Below are positions 54,459 to 64,000 of a stretch of DNA of 64,000 nucleotides, in pieces. Source of the DNA: an uncultured Acidobacteriota bacterium (lineage in GTDB: Bacteria > Acidobacteriota > UBA6911); assembly GCA_963809485.1 (NCBI GenBank), contig CAWEJX010000012.1, positions 128,001-192,000 of the forward strand, written 5' to 3'. The translations under genes and the position numbers were made by a program. Under the pieces are notes generated by a model that had not been told where the DNA came from, searched no databases, and saw nothing but the letters and a program-made list of their open reading frames with translations. Numbering within the stretch: position 1 is the first letter of the stretch; each line of letters begins with the position of its first letter.

Positions 54459-56035
54459 ATGAGGAAGAGTCTTATCGCAGGAATCTTTGTAGTGGCCGTG
54501 CTCTCGGTCGCTCCTTTCGCGCTCTCGCAGATACAGAATGTCAAGTCGACCGGCGGCCAATTACAGGGAGTTGTTGCGGACGGCGTGGCTTCGTTTAAGG
54601 GTATTCCATTTGCAGCGCCTCCGGTGGGCGATCTGCGCTGGAAATCCCCACAGCCCGCGAAGGCGTGGACCGGCATCCGGAAAGCCGATGCTTACGCATC
54701 CGGCTGCATGCAGGATCCCGGCATGGTCAAGATGATGGGAGCCTCGGCGAATGTCAGCGAGGACTGTTTATACCTGAACGTATGGACAGCCGCAAAGACC
54801 GCCGGAGAAAAGCGGCCCGTGATGGTGTGGATTCACGGCGGCGCATTCGTTGGCGGGATGACGGGCACCCCGATGTTCGATGGAACGAAATTCGCACAAA
54901 AAGGCGTGGTGCTGGTAAGCATTGCCTATCGACTTGGTGTTTTCGGCTTCATGGCGCACCCGGAACTCAGCCGTGAAAGCGGCAAGGGATCGGGCACCTA
55001 TGGAATTCAGGATATGATCGCCGGCCTCCAATGGGTAAAGAACAACATTGCACAATTCGGGGGCGATCCTTCGTGTGTAACGATTTTCGGCGAGTCTGCA
55101 GGAGGGATCGCAGTCGGCATGCTTTCCGCGGCCCCGGCAGCCAAGGGTCTTTTCCAACGCGCCATTTCCGAAAGCGGCGGCTCGTTTGCGCCGCCACGGA
55201 TTGCGAATGAAGCAGGCCAGAATGTTCCGACACTGAAACTGGCCGAATCAACCGGCGAAAGCTTTTTGAAGAAACTCGGCGCCGCCGATATTAAGGCCGC
55301 GCGGGCGTTGCCTGCCGAACAGATCCAGAAAGCCGTTGGAGGCGGAATGGGAGGCGGCAGCAGTTTTGGCCCGTTGCCGATGGATATGTATTGCCGGGAG
55401 ATCCCTACGAACTTTACGAAAAGGGCCGTTTCAACGACACTCCCATCCTGATCGGGACCAATTCCAATGAAGGCGGATTGTTCATGCGCGGGCCGGTCAC
55501 GGCGGCGGCATTTGAAAAGCAGATTCGATCGGGCTATGGAGAACGGGCAGACGTCATTTTGAGCGCTTATCCGCATTCGACGGATGCAGAAGCATCCCGA
55601 TCGTCCGCGGATGTTGTTTCGCGAATTTGCCTTTGCCTGGCCCACGTGGGCCTGGGCGCGCATGCAATCCCAGAAGGGGAAAGGGAAAGCATTCGTATAC
55701 TACTTCGATCATCGCACGCCTCAATCGCCGAATGGCGCCGAATCATGGAGCCGAAGTCACCTATGTATTCCAAAATTTCGGCGGTCCCGGCGGCGCTCTC
55801 CCAGTCCGGAGGATCTTGGCTCTTTCCGACCTGATCCGCTCCTATTGGATCAATTTCGCCAGCAACCGGAGATCCGAACGGATCCGGCTTACCGCAGTGG
55901 CCTGCGTTTGCGGAGAAAGACCAGAAGGTTATGTTCTTTGACTCCGCCGCAAGCGCCAAGCCGATACCAAATCTGGAAAAGCTGAAGGCATTTGATTCCT
56001 ACTACTCCTGGCGCAGAGAGCAGGCAAAGAGATGA
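54459..56035 (+). CDS. Secreted type-B carboxylesterase with at least four frameshifts (about 55365-55870)
   Basis: FKGIPFAAPPVGDLRW, SEDCLYLNVW, HGGAF, FGESAG, NEG, NHGAEV, YWINFA, WPAF, recovered across frames. Confidence 0.85.
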
Positions 56036-56040
56036 GCTTG

Positions 56041-56122
56041 CGATTGACCTTTGACGATTGAGAAACGAGGAAAGAGAAGAGGTGTTTTTCAATCGTCAAT
56101 CGTCAATCGTCAATCATAAATC
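56041..56122. repeat. Heptamer tandem repeat with inverted partner, between convergent genes
   Basis: (CAATCGT)x3 at 56090-56110 pairs with upstream TTGACGATTGA. Confidence 0.7.
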
Positions 56123-56215
56123 TATTGCCGCCTGCAGCGATCGAAGAAATGGTGGGTACGGACCCTGCCTACGACTCCCCCAACTGTTCGCTATGGCCTG
56201 CCACTCTGCTGGAGC

Positions 56216-57871
56216 CTACCCCCACACTTTCAGGGCGGCTGCGTGCTCTCCGGCGATGCGGCCGAACGAATGAGCTTCAGGTATGTTTGTTCCGCCGGTG
56301 TAGCATAGGCTGAAGAATGAGCCCAGTTCGCCCACGCTGTACAGCCTTGGTATGGGTTTGCCCTCTTTGTTCAACGTTTGGCCTTTGCTGTTATGCTGCG
56401 GCCCACCCATTGTATTGATGAGGCTCAGAGCCATCTCCATGCCGTAAAAGGGCGGACTTTCGATAGGCAGCAAGGTCGTATTGCCGAACAGCTGGTCCTT
56501 TTTTATCCTGCTGGCCTCATTTACCTGCTCCACAGTGCGTTGCAGCCCCTCAGGGTTTATCTTAAGCATCGCGGCTAATTCCGCGATAGTATTCGCCTGC
56601 TTCACCCAGCCTTTGGATATTTCGGCGCTGTTATCTTTGCTCCAGTCATAAAGTTTCTTAACGTGCGCGAACTTTGTATCCGTGTTAGGCCTTAACGGGG
56701 TTACAAACGGGCCTTTCTTCCGGTATGTTTCATCGCAGACAAGGAAGTAAGGCATATTCGGATAGCCGCCCATGCCATGCCACAAGCCCGGGCGGACATC
56801 TATTCCGCTTTTGAAATCGGTAGGTTCTATGTTCGGCCGCCGATGCGTGAAACTGATGGTTTCATTCACGAACCTATCACCGGCCCGATTCACATAGATA
56901 TGACCTCTTTGAAGGCTGCACTCGATTGCGCATCCAAATTCCCTGCTCGCAGGAGCACAACAGCCGGCTTCCCATTCCTTCAAGAACATGTGCCACAGGG
57001 GAGCTCCCACCTCACTGGACATCAGAATGCCGTCGCCGGTATTGTATGGCGTGCCTCCGGTGAATACTTCCATGCCCGGGTAATTAAAATAGGACCACAT
57101 TTGCAGATTTCCCTCGTAGCCGCCGCAAGCAAGGATCACTCCTCTCTTTGCTTTTACGTAAACCTTCCTTCCCCCTTCTCCATGGAAGCCCTTGGCCCCT
57201 TCATAGGCCACGACGCCCAGGATCTCCTTTGTTATAGGGTCCTGAACCAGTTCTTTGGCCGGGGTCTCGTACATGATCCGGATGTTTCGTTTTTCCACTT
57301 GAGCTTGAATAGCCCGATACAGGTGACTGCCATTAGATCCTCCGGTTTCACTATTGGCAATAAACCAGGTCTTCTTGGTGTTCTGTCCGCCCGCTTTCAT
57401 TTCGATCCCCAACTTCTTAAGCCAGCCCAGGACGTTCTGGCCCCCGCCCATTGCCAACGTGTCCACCATGGTCCGCACCAACTCATCCGGCACATCGCAG
57501 CCGGCGTGCCGAAGGTCCGTGTAGCACTCCTTGGGGTCATCCCAAACAGAATTGCCTCCAACCGCGCAACAGGAGTTGCCACCGGAAAGCTCCTTTGTCG
57601 CCTTCTCCAGCACGATAACTTTTGCTCCGGCGTCATGCGCAGCAATAGCCGCGCTCTGGCCGGCATATCCTATCCCCGCGACCACCACATCCGCTTCATA
57701 ATCCCATCTTTTCGGCAGCCAGGGCTTCTGTTCATTGGTACCCTGGGCTGTTGACGGCGCTGACAGGGCTGAAGAAGCAGAAGCGCCAAGGGCTCCTGTG
57801 GCAAAGGCGGCGCCAGTGCCCAAAAACTCTCTTCTTGGAAACCGCTTTTTCGCTTTCCTATCCTCGATCAT
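56216..57871 (-). CDS. Tat-exported FAD-binding oxidoreductase, second subgroup
   Basis: PRREFL; GIGYAG, GGNSCC, NTGDG, LYSVGE, FGRIAG. Confidence 0.92.
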   Translation of the reverse strand: MIEDRKAKKRFPRREFLGTGAAFATGALGASASSALSAPSTAQGTNEQKPWLPKRWDYEADVVVAGIGYAGQSAAIAAHDAGAKVIVLEKATKELSGGNSCCAVGGNSVWDDPKECYTDLRHAGCDVPDELVRTMVDTLAMGGGQNVLGWLKKLGIEMKAGGQNTKKTWFIANSETGGSNGSHLYRAIQAQVEKRNIRIMYETPAKELVQDPITKEILGVVAYEGAKGFHGEGGRKVYVKAKRGVILACGGYEGNLQMWSYFNYPGMEVFTGGTPYNTGDGILMSSEVGAPLWHMFLKEWEAGCCAPASREFGCAIECSLQRGHIYVNRAGDRFVNETISFTHRRPNIEPTDFKSGIDVRPGLWHGMGGYPNMPYFLVCDETYRKKGPFVTPLRPNTDTKFAHVKKLYDWSKDNSAEISKGWVKQANTIAELAAMLKINPEGLQRTVEQVNEASRIKKDQLFGNTTLLPIESPPFYGMEMALSLINTMGGPQHNSKGQTLNKEGKPIPRLYSVGELGSFFSLCYTGGTNIPEAHSFGRIAGEHAAALKVWG

Positions 57872-57970
57872 GAAAATACCTCCTTATGGGATTTCTTCAC
57901 TTATCCGCTTTTCGCGCTGCTAATTTCTTCCCGGTCAAAAACCGCTTTGAGTTCTTCGACGGCTAATCGG

Positions 57971-59596
57971 TTACGACCACGGCTTCAGTGAGGCGGCATT
58001 GTCTCCGGCGATGCGGCCAAAAGCAATCGCCTCCGGTATGTTGCTGCCGCCGGGATACAGGAATCCGAAGAATGATCCGAATTCCCCTGGACTATAGAGT
58101 CTGGGAATGGGTTTATCGTCCTGGTCGAGCGTCTGAGCCTTTGTATTGTGCTTGGGCCCGCCCTGGGTATTGATAAGGGTAAGGGCCAGCTCCACGCCGT
58201 AATAGGGTGGAGTCGTTAGTGGGGATAGCGAGTTGTCTCTTCTGCTGAAGTCGGGATCCTTTTTCCCACTGCAAAATTGATTGTACTTGGTGACAGTCTC
58301 CTGCAGCCCCTCCGGCTCGATCCTCATTTTGGCGGCCAGATCTCTGAGGGTATCTGCCCTGGATACCCAGCCCTTCTCGATTTCGGCGCTGCTGCCTTCA
58401 CTCCATTGATACAGACCGTGAACCGCATTCCAGGTCATTCCGCTCTGCCGTCCGAGCCGCTGTTTGGAACGCACACTCTCATCGAAGATGGCGTAAAATG
58501 GCTGATTGGGGTACTCCACACGGTCGTGATGAAAATACGTCAGCTCCAGGGATTCCTTGGTGTGAACCATGGATTTCAGTTCGTTCATGAATCGCTTGCC
58601 ATATTTGTTTACATAGATATAACTGCCGGTAAGAGTTACCTGAACCGAAACACCGGCTTGTTCACTCGCCGTCTTTACGGAATGCCCCGCCCACTCAAGG
58701 CTGAACGTATGCCATAGAGGCGCCCCCACCTCCGACACCATTTTTAGGCCATCGCCGGTATTGTAGGGTGACCCCCAGGGGTAGATTCGTATCCCCGGAT
58801 AATTAAAGTAGGACATCATCTCGGGATTGTTCTCGTACCCTCCGCACGCCAGAACCACTCCCCTTTTGGCTTTTATGTAAATCTTCCTCCCCTGTTTTTC
58901 CGCTATTACGCCGACAATCTCCTTGGTCGCCGGATCCTGCATCAGGTGTTTTGCCCGGGTCTCGTATTGAATGGGAATCCCTCTGCTTTTCACGCACTGG
59001 TCGAGCGCCATGTACAACTGTTTGCCAGCCCCGTAGTTCGGCGGCGCATCTTTTACGGGCTTGATGGAAAAAATCTTGCCATTATTCGCTCCCGGAAGGG
59101 TGCGCAGCCCTATCATGGCTTCCGGGGCCGTCTTCGCATAGTCGCGTGTGACTATGGTTTCAATCCCAAGTTTCCTAAGCTGCTCCGGAACTTGGGCTAA
59201 AGCCTCGGCCATAAAGTCGCACAATTCCTTCGGCGATGTCCCAAAGGAGAGTGCATGATAATAGGGAGCTCCTTCCTTTGCGCCGTTGGGCACTGTCATG
59301 CCGCCGCCGGAACAGGAGGAGTTCCCCCCTGCATATTTTTCCGGCGCTTTTTCGATAATCAGCGTTTTTGCCCGGGCGTCATGACTGGCGATAGCGGCAT
59401 TCTGGCCCGCATAGCCCATTCCTACCACCACTACGTCCGCTTCGTAATCCCATTTATCGGGCAACCAGCCTTTGGACGCACCCAATAGCGTTTCGCCCCC
59501 TGGCCCGAGCAACAATCCGGCGGCTCCTGCGGTTGCCGATCCCTTGAAAAACTGTCTGCGTGTGATTTCCTTTTTCTTCACGTCATCCGAACGCAT
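57971..59596 (-). CDS. Tat-exported FAD-binding oxidoreductase, second subgroup
   Basis: TRRQFF; GMGYAG, GGNSSC, NTGDG, FGRIAG. Confidence 0.92.
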   Translation of the reverse strand: MRSDDVKKKEITRRQFFKGSATAGAAGLLLGPGGETLLGASKGWLPDKWDYEADVVVVGMGYAGQNAAIASHDARAKTLIIEKAPEKYAGGNSSCSGGGMTVPNGAKEGAPYYHALSFGTSPKELCDFMAEALAQVPEQLRKLGIETIVTRDYAKTAPEAMIGLRTLPGANNGKIFSIKPVKDAPPNYGAGKQLYMALDQCVKSRGIPIQYETRAKHLMQDPATKEIVGVIAEKQGRKIYIKAKRGVVLACGGYENNPEMMSYFNYPGIRIYPWGSPYNTGDGLKMVSEVGAPLWHTFSLEWAGHSVKTASEQAGVSVQVTLTGSYIYVNKYGKRFMNELKSMVHTKESLELTYFHHDRVEYPNQPFYAIFDESVRSKQRLGRQSGMTWNAVHGLYQWSEGSSAEIEKGWVSRADTLRDLAAKMRIEPEGLQETVTKYNQFCSGKKDPDFSRRDNSLSPLTTPPYYGVELALTLINTQGGPKHNTKAQTLDQDDKPIPRLYSPGEFGSFFGFLYPGGSNIPEAIAFGRIAGDNAASLKPWS

Positions 59597-59612
59597 ATGC
59601 GTCTCCTTTCAA

Positions 59613-59764
59613 TACCGCGATTACGAACCTTCTGGATTTCAATTTGCAGATCGGAGGCAGAATGTCGCCTCCTCGATGTACTTCGGCTGCAATGGAAATA
59701 TCGATCTGCCGCTCAAATTGACTGAGATCCGAATGGGGTCGCGTTTTCCGATATGAAATTCCAC
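59613..59764 (-). pseudogene. 5' remnant of a fourth GntR gene
   Basis: GGAGGT RBS, GTG, VEFHIGKRDPI, frameshift, SQFERQIDISIAAEVHRGGDILPPI..NRG; compare MEFQIEKNSPV..KQIQEQIKLSIAMGVLKRGDILPPI..NRG. Confidence 0.78.
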
Positions 59765-60275
59765 AGTGTCCCCACCTCCGTCAAGGCAGGAAGGCATTGG
59801 CGAAATATAAAGGCTGCATGACGGCCACAACCCCGGTCCGCGGCCGAGTTCGACCGACGGACATCACATTGTTCCCCGCTTTAGAGGCTGTTTCAGAGGT
59901 TGTCACAACAATGTGACACGCATCTTGGCACACACGTCCGCACAAAGTCAATCGCTGATTGCTGCAGGATGGCTGTCTGGATGGGTGTTTATTTCTACAG
60001 ATTCCAAGCAAAAATATCTTTATGGTGCCGACATCCGCACCATGCCGGACGCGGTCACCCTTCTTCAAGGACCGTGTGGGGAAGCCGGAGAGGGCGTTTC
60101 GAGCTGCAAACCGGCCGGAACAGCGCCAGACAGATTTTGCATTGGATGGGAAGGTTTGTCAGGATGGTCCGCAAGCGGCGATCCTGTCTTATGGCTCAGG
60201 CGGATAGTATGAGCCAATCTAGGAAATTGCATATATGGATGCATCGAGAGTATCGCAGCCGCCCACAAATATTTG

Positions 60276-60329
60276 TGTCACATATCTGTGACAAAATGCT
60301 TGACACCGCCTCAACAAATTGGGTAGTTT
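60276..60329 (+). promoter_or_regulatory. Operator plus promoter for TonB receptor 2
   Basis: TGTCACATATCTGTGACA (perfect 7-bp arms)-aaatgc-TTGACA-N18-TAGTTT. Confidence 0.75.
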
Positions 60330-60615
60330 AATAATCGCCAAGATGCGACACATTTCTTCATCCTGATTCTCACCGGCAAAGACGCGGTCGCAGTTGGGAA
60401 CGATATATTCAGACAACCAGAGAATCTCCGGAGAAGCATGACAGCTTCATTGCGGTTCCGGAGCATAAGTGCCAGGAGGGCGCCAGGGTGATCGCACCCT
60501 GGGAAGCGTGCCCCGCCGAGCGGCGGCGATCATGGGACGGATTTGGCGCCAGCGCCAAAACTCCGGGGTGTCGCTGTGCGTTTGTAATATTACAGGCGAT
60601 AGGAGGGTGCATCCA

Positions 60616-63600
60616 ATGCGTTCCAATGCATGCTTGGTTGTAATTGCTTGTCTGATCCTTTCGGTAACGCCAGCTTCGGCTCAAAGCGACCGAGGTGCCA
60701 TAACCGGCACCGTTTCCGATCCTGCGGGAGCCGTAATTTCCTCAGGTTCCATCGAAGCAAAGAATGTGAACACCGGAGCGGTGTATAAGGCCGCAACTAC
60801 ATCAACCGGCAATTACACTCTAACGCAACTGCCGGCGGGCTCATACCAGTTGTCGGCCTCAGTCCAAGGCTTCAAACAGTACGTCCGGACCGGTATTACG
60901 GTCCTGGTGGCTCAAACGTTGCGCATCGACATAATGCTCGAAGTGGGCAGCATTACCGAAACCATCACGGTGAATGCCGATGCTCCCCTTCTGAAGACGG
61001 AAAGCGGAGAGCTGAGCCATAATGTCAGTTCCGAAACTCTCGGCAGCCTGCCAATACTTGGATTCTCGTCCTCTATCCGCGATCCCTATGCCACGACTCA
61101 GCTAATTCCAGGCGCTCTCTTCCAGGAAAGAACTTATGTACGAATCAACGGCGCCCCCGCCAACACGCAGGGCTTCCGGGTCGAGGGCCAGGATGCCAGC
61201 AATTCCATGCGCATGACTCAGACGGCGCAGAACCAGCCCAGCGTAGATGCGGTGGAAGAGTTTGCAGTTCAGACCAGCAACTATGCCGCCGAGTACGGCC
61301 AGGCTGGAGGCGGTTTCTTCAATATCACGATGAAATCAGGCAGCAACCGCTTCCATGGAAGTGCGTACGACTATTGGATTAATGAAGCACTGAACGCGAG
61401 CACGCCTTTCCTGAACACCAAGAACAGGCAGCGTCGGAACAACTACGGATTTACTCTGGGCGGACCCGTATGGATTCCCAAGGTGTACGACGGTCACGAA
61501 AAGACCTTTTTCTTTTTCAACTTCGAGCAGTTTCGTGAAAACGTCACATACAGTAATAGCCCCTATACGATTCCAACGCTCGCCTATCGCGCGGGGGATT
61601 TCCGCCAGGCCCTGACCGGAAGAAAACTCGGAACCGATCCTCTCGGCCGCGATATCATGGAAGGCACAATATACGATCCGGCGACCGACCGTCTTGCGCC
61701 CAACGGGCAGCGTGTCCGGGATCCGTTTCAATACCAGGGAATTCCGAATACCATTGATCCTGCCCGGTTTGATCCGGTTGCGGTCAAGATCCAGGACCTG
61801 ATTCCCAAACCCACCAACTCAAACCTCACCAACAACTATCTTGTCCCTTGGCCCAGCTCCAATATCCGGACTATCCCGTCCATAAAGGTCGATCACAATT
61901 TTGGCCCGCGCTCCAAGCTGTCCGTCTATTGGTCCATGACGAGGCTGACTGCGTTGGACCAGACCCCCTTCTGCGACGGAATCCAGAGTCCTGTTACGGG
62001 TTGCAGAAACTCCTATGGCAACTCGCATACATTCCGTCTGAACTTCGACCAGACGCTGACGCCCACCACCGTCCTGCATTTCGGAGCTGGTCTGCACACG
62101 CTGGGATGGAAGGATGACACGAATTTTACCGATTTCGATCAGCTCAAGGAACTGGGTCTGCCAGGCGCTAGCGTCACTCTTTTCCCATACATTACTTTCC
62201 CGACCAGTCAGCCCCGAGGCGGCATGAAAAACATGGGCCCGCTTATGCAGAGCCATGAAGACATGGAAAAGCCGACTGCAAATGCCAGCTTGACATGGGC
62301 CAAATCCAGCCACACCTATAAATTCGGGGCTGAAATGCGCCTGGAAGGATATCCGACGCAGGTCTTTAATCCTGCCTATGGCACTTACAACTTTGCTCTC
62401 AGCCAAACCGGACTTGCCATTTCCGGTCTGAACCTCTCCGGCGGAACCATAGGATTCGCCTATGCAAATCTTCTCCTGGGGTTTGTTGACAACGGCAATA
62501 TAGGGGTCGTCAGCAGTCCCCGCATGGGCAAATCCGCGTGGGCTTTGTATGCTCAGGACAGCTGGAAGGTAACCCGCCGGTTCACTCTGGACTATGGATT
62601 GCGATGGGACTACCAGGGCTACTTAAGGGATACCTATGGCCGGATTGCGAATTTCTCCCCTACCACGCCGAACCCCTCCACCGGGGGTCTCCCCGGTGCG
62701 GTGATCTTTGAAGGCTCGGGGCCGGGTCGCTGCAATTGCGATTTCGCGCAGGTCTATCCCTATTCTTTCGGACCGCGGTTGGGAGCGGCCTATCAGATCT
62801 CGGCCAAGACAGTGCTGCGCGCCGGATTGGGTGTCATGTACGGGCAAACCGCAACCGAGAACAGGATTTCCACGAGCATTGCATCGAATAATCTGTTCTC
62901 CACCTCATCCTATGGAGATCCGAGTATATTGCTGAAAGACGGCCCACCAACCCCTGGTCCGTGGCCCAACCTGGACCCCGGCCAGTATCCGCGTCCAGGG
63001 CAGACCACTGCGCCTCCGACCGCATTTGACAATAATGCGGGGCGGCCACCGAGGATGATTCAGTGGAGCTTGAGCATTCAAAGGGAAATTTTTAAGAACC
63101 TGGTGGTTGAGATTTCCTATATCGGCAACCGGGGCGCCTGGTGGGAAGGGAACGAGCTCATCAACGTAAACGCATTGACACCGGAGCGGCTCAACACATT
63201 CGGGCTCAATATAAACAGCCCTGCCGACCAGGCGCTGCTGAAGGCCCGAATGGATTCTTCCACGGCAAAGCTGCGCGGATTCGACACACCGCCCTACTCA
63301 GGTTTTCCCATGTCATCCACCGTTGCCCAATCTTTGCGGCCCTTCCCGCAGTTCGGCACGATCAACTACCTCTGGGCTCCGCTCGGCAGAACCTGGTACG
63401 ACTCGATGCAGATTAAGGTGACAAAGCGGTTTTCCCGCGGGCTGGATTTTACCAGTTCGTTCAGCTGGCAGAAGGAACTCATGATGGGTGCAGAGGTGTC
63501 CAACGCACTGCTGACCGTTCCTGCGGCCGTTAACGATGTATTTAATCGTCCAACGAATAAGTACATCTCGAGGCTGTCACGGCCGTTCGTTTCCGTTACG

Positions 63601-64000
63601 GCAGTGAACTACACGTTCCCCAAGCTGGATGTGAATAAGGTCCTGTCGTGGGCGATCCGCGACTGGACATTTGGCGCCGTCCTGCAGTATGCCAGCGGTA
63701 TGCCCATCAAGGTTCCGACCGCAAACAGCCAGCTCATGTCATTGCTCTTCCGGGACACCTTTGCCAACCGAATCGAGGGCCAGCCGCTTTGGAAGCAAGG
63801 GGTGGACATCAACGACAGGAGCACTTACGATCCATACACGGATTTCGTTCTGAATCCGAAAGCATGGACGGATCCGCCTGCCGGTCAGTTCAGTTACTCA
63901 CCAGGCTATTACAGCGACTATCGTTATATGCGCCGCCCTTCTGAAGCCATGAGCATCGGGCGGATTTTCCGTGTCAAAGAAGGGGTTTCCCTGAATATCC
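60616..64000 (+). CDS. TonB-dependent receptor paralog, runs off window end
   Basis: AGGAGG RBS, ATG 60616, MRSNACLVVIACLILSVTPASA/QSDRGAITGTV; colinear with 33535..37199; absent from the ORF track because there is no stop. Confidence 0.9.
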   Translation, partial: MRSNACLVVIACLILSVTPASAQSDRGAITGTVSDPAGAVISSGSIEAKNVNTGAVYKAATTSTGNYTLTQLPAGSYQLSASVQGFKQYVRTGITVLVAQTLRIDIMLEVGSITETITVNADAPLLKTESGELSHNVSSETLGSLPILGFSSSIRDPYATTQLIPGALFQERTYVRINGAPANTQGFRVEGQDASNSMRMTQTAQNQPSVDAVEEFAVQTSNYAAEYGQAGGGFFNITMKSGSNRFHGSAYDYWINEALNASTPFLNTKNRQRRNNYGFTLGGPVWIPKVYDGHEKTFFFFNFEQFRENVTYSNSPYTIPTLAYRAGDFRQALTGRKLGTDPLGRDIMEGTIYDPATDRLAPNGQRVRDPFQYQGIPNTIDPARFDPVAVKIQDLIPKPTNSNLTNNYLVPWPSSNIRTIPSIKVDHNFGPRSKLSVYWSMTRLTALDQTPFCDGIQSPVTGCRNSYGNSHTFRLNFDQTLTPTTVLHFGAGLHTLGWKDDTNFTDFDQLKELGLPGASVTLFPYITFPTSQPRGGMKNMGPLMQSHEDMEKPTANASLTWAKSSHTYKFGAEMRLEGYPTQVFNPAYGTYNFALSQTGLAISGLNLSGGTIGFAYANLLLGFVDNGNIGVVSSPRMGKSAWALYAQDSWKVTRRFTLDYGLRWDYQGYLRDTYGRIANFSPTTPNPSTGGLPGAVIFEGSGPGRCNCDFAQVYPYSFGPRLGAAYQISAKTVLRAGLGVMYGQTATENRISTSIASNNLFSTSSYGDPSILLKDGPPTPGPWPNLDPGQYPRPGQTTAPPTAFDNNAGRPPRMIQWSLSIQREIFKNLVVEISYIGNRGAWWEGNELINVNALTPERLNTFGLNINSPADQALLKARMDSSTAKLRGFDTPPYSGFPMSSTVAQSLRPFPQFGTINYLWAPLGRTWYDSMQIKVTKRFSRGLDFTSSFSWQKELMMGAEVSNALLTVPAAVNDVFNRPTNKYISRLSRPFVSVTAVNYTFPKLDVNKVLSWAIRDWTFGAVLQYASGMPIKVPTANSQLMSLLFRDTFANRIEGQPLWKQGVDINDRSTYDPYTDFVLNPKAWTDPPAGQFSYSPGYYSDYRYMRRPSEAMSIGRIFRVKEGVSLNI

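Noticed and set aside
59972-59985. 14-nt match GCTGTCTGGATGGG to the gntR coding sequence
   Set aside because: Several 14-mer matches are expected by chance in 64 kb, and the flanks do not align.
60465-60525. Cobalamin riboswitch before the TonB receptor (GCCAGGAG and CTGGGAAG present)
   Set aside because: The motifs are in the wrong order and the core elements are absent.
1-64000. tRNA-Sec, sel genes, rRNA or autonomous transposases
   Set aside because: None recognised in this window; the Sec machinery would have to be encoded elsewhere.

Overview
This bacterial window looks like Acidobacteriota, judged from its Oar/carboxypeptidase-regulatory-type TonB receptors (inference). It is built almost entirely from a small set of repeatedly duplicated, mostly exported modules: 5 xanthine-dehydrogenase-family Mo large subunits in two clades, 3 Tat-signal 2Fe-2S small subunits and 2 PaoB-like FAD/4Fe-4S medium subunits. 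It also has 5 Tat-exported FAD_binding_2 flavoproteins, 4 secreted beta-helix proteins, 2 TonB-dependent receptors and 3 GntR regulators. Three split ORF pairs are best read as single signal-peptide-bearing UGSC-like selenoproteins: each has an in-frame TGA in a UxxC motif (HUSTC, DUGTC, DUGTC) followed directly by a SECIS-like hairpin. A TGT-N12/13-ACA palindrome sits exactly 6 bp from a TTGACA -35 box at six promoters, suggesting one regulon. Six copies of a non-autonomous IS200/IS605-type element and five decayed gene fragments mark rearrangement points. Several single-base frameshifts are probably sequencing errors. Substrates are unknown, and all family calls come from motif recognition by eye, not database searches.
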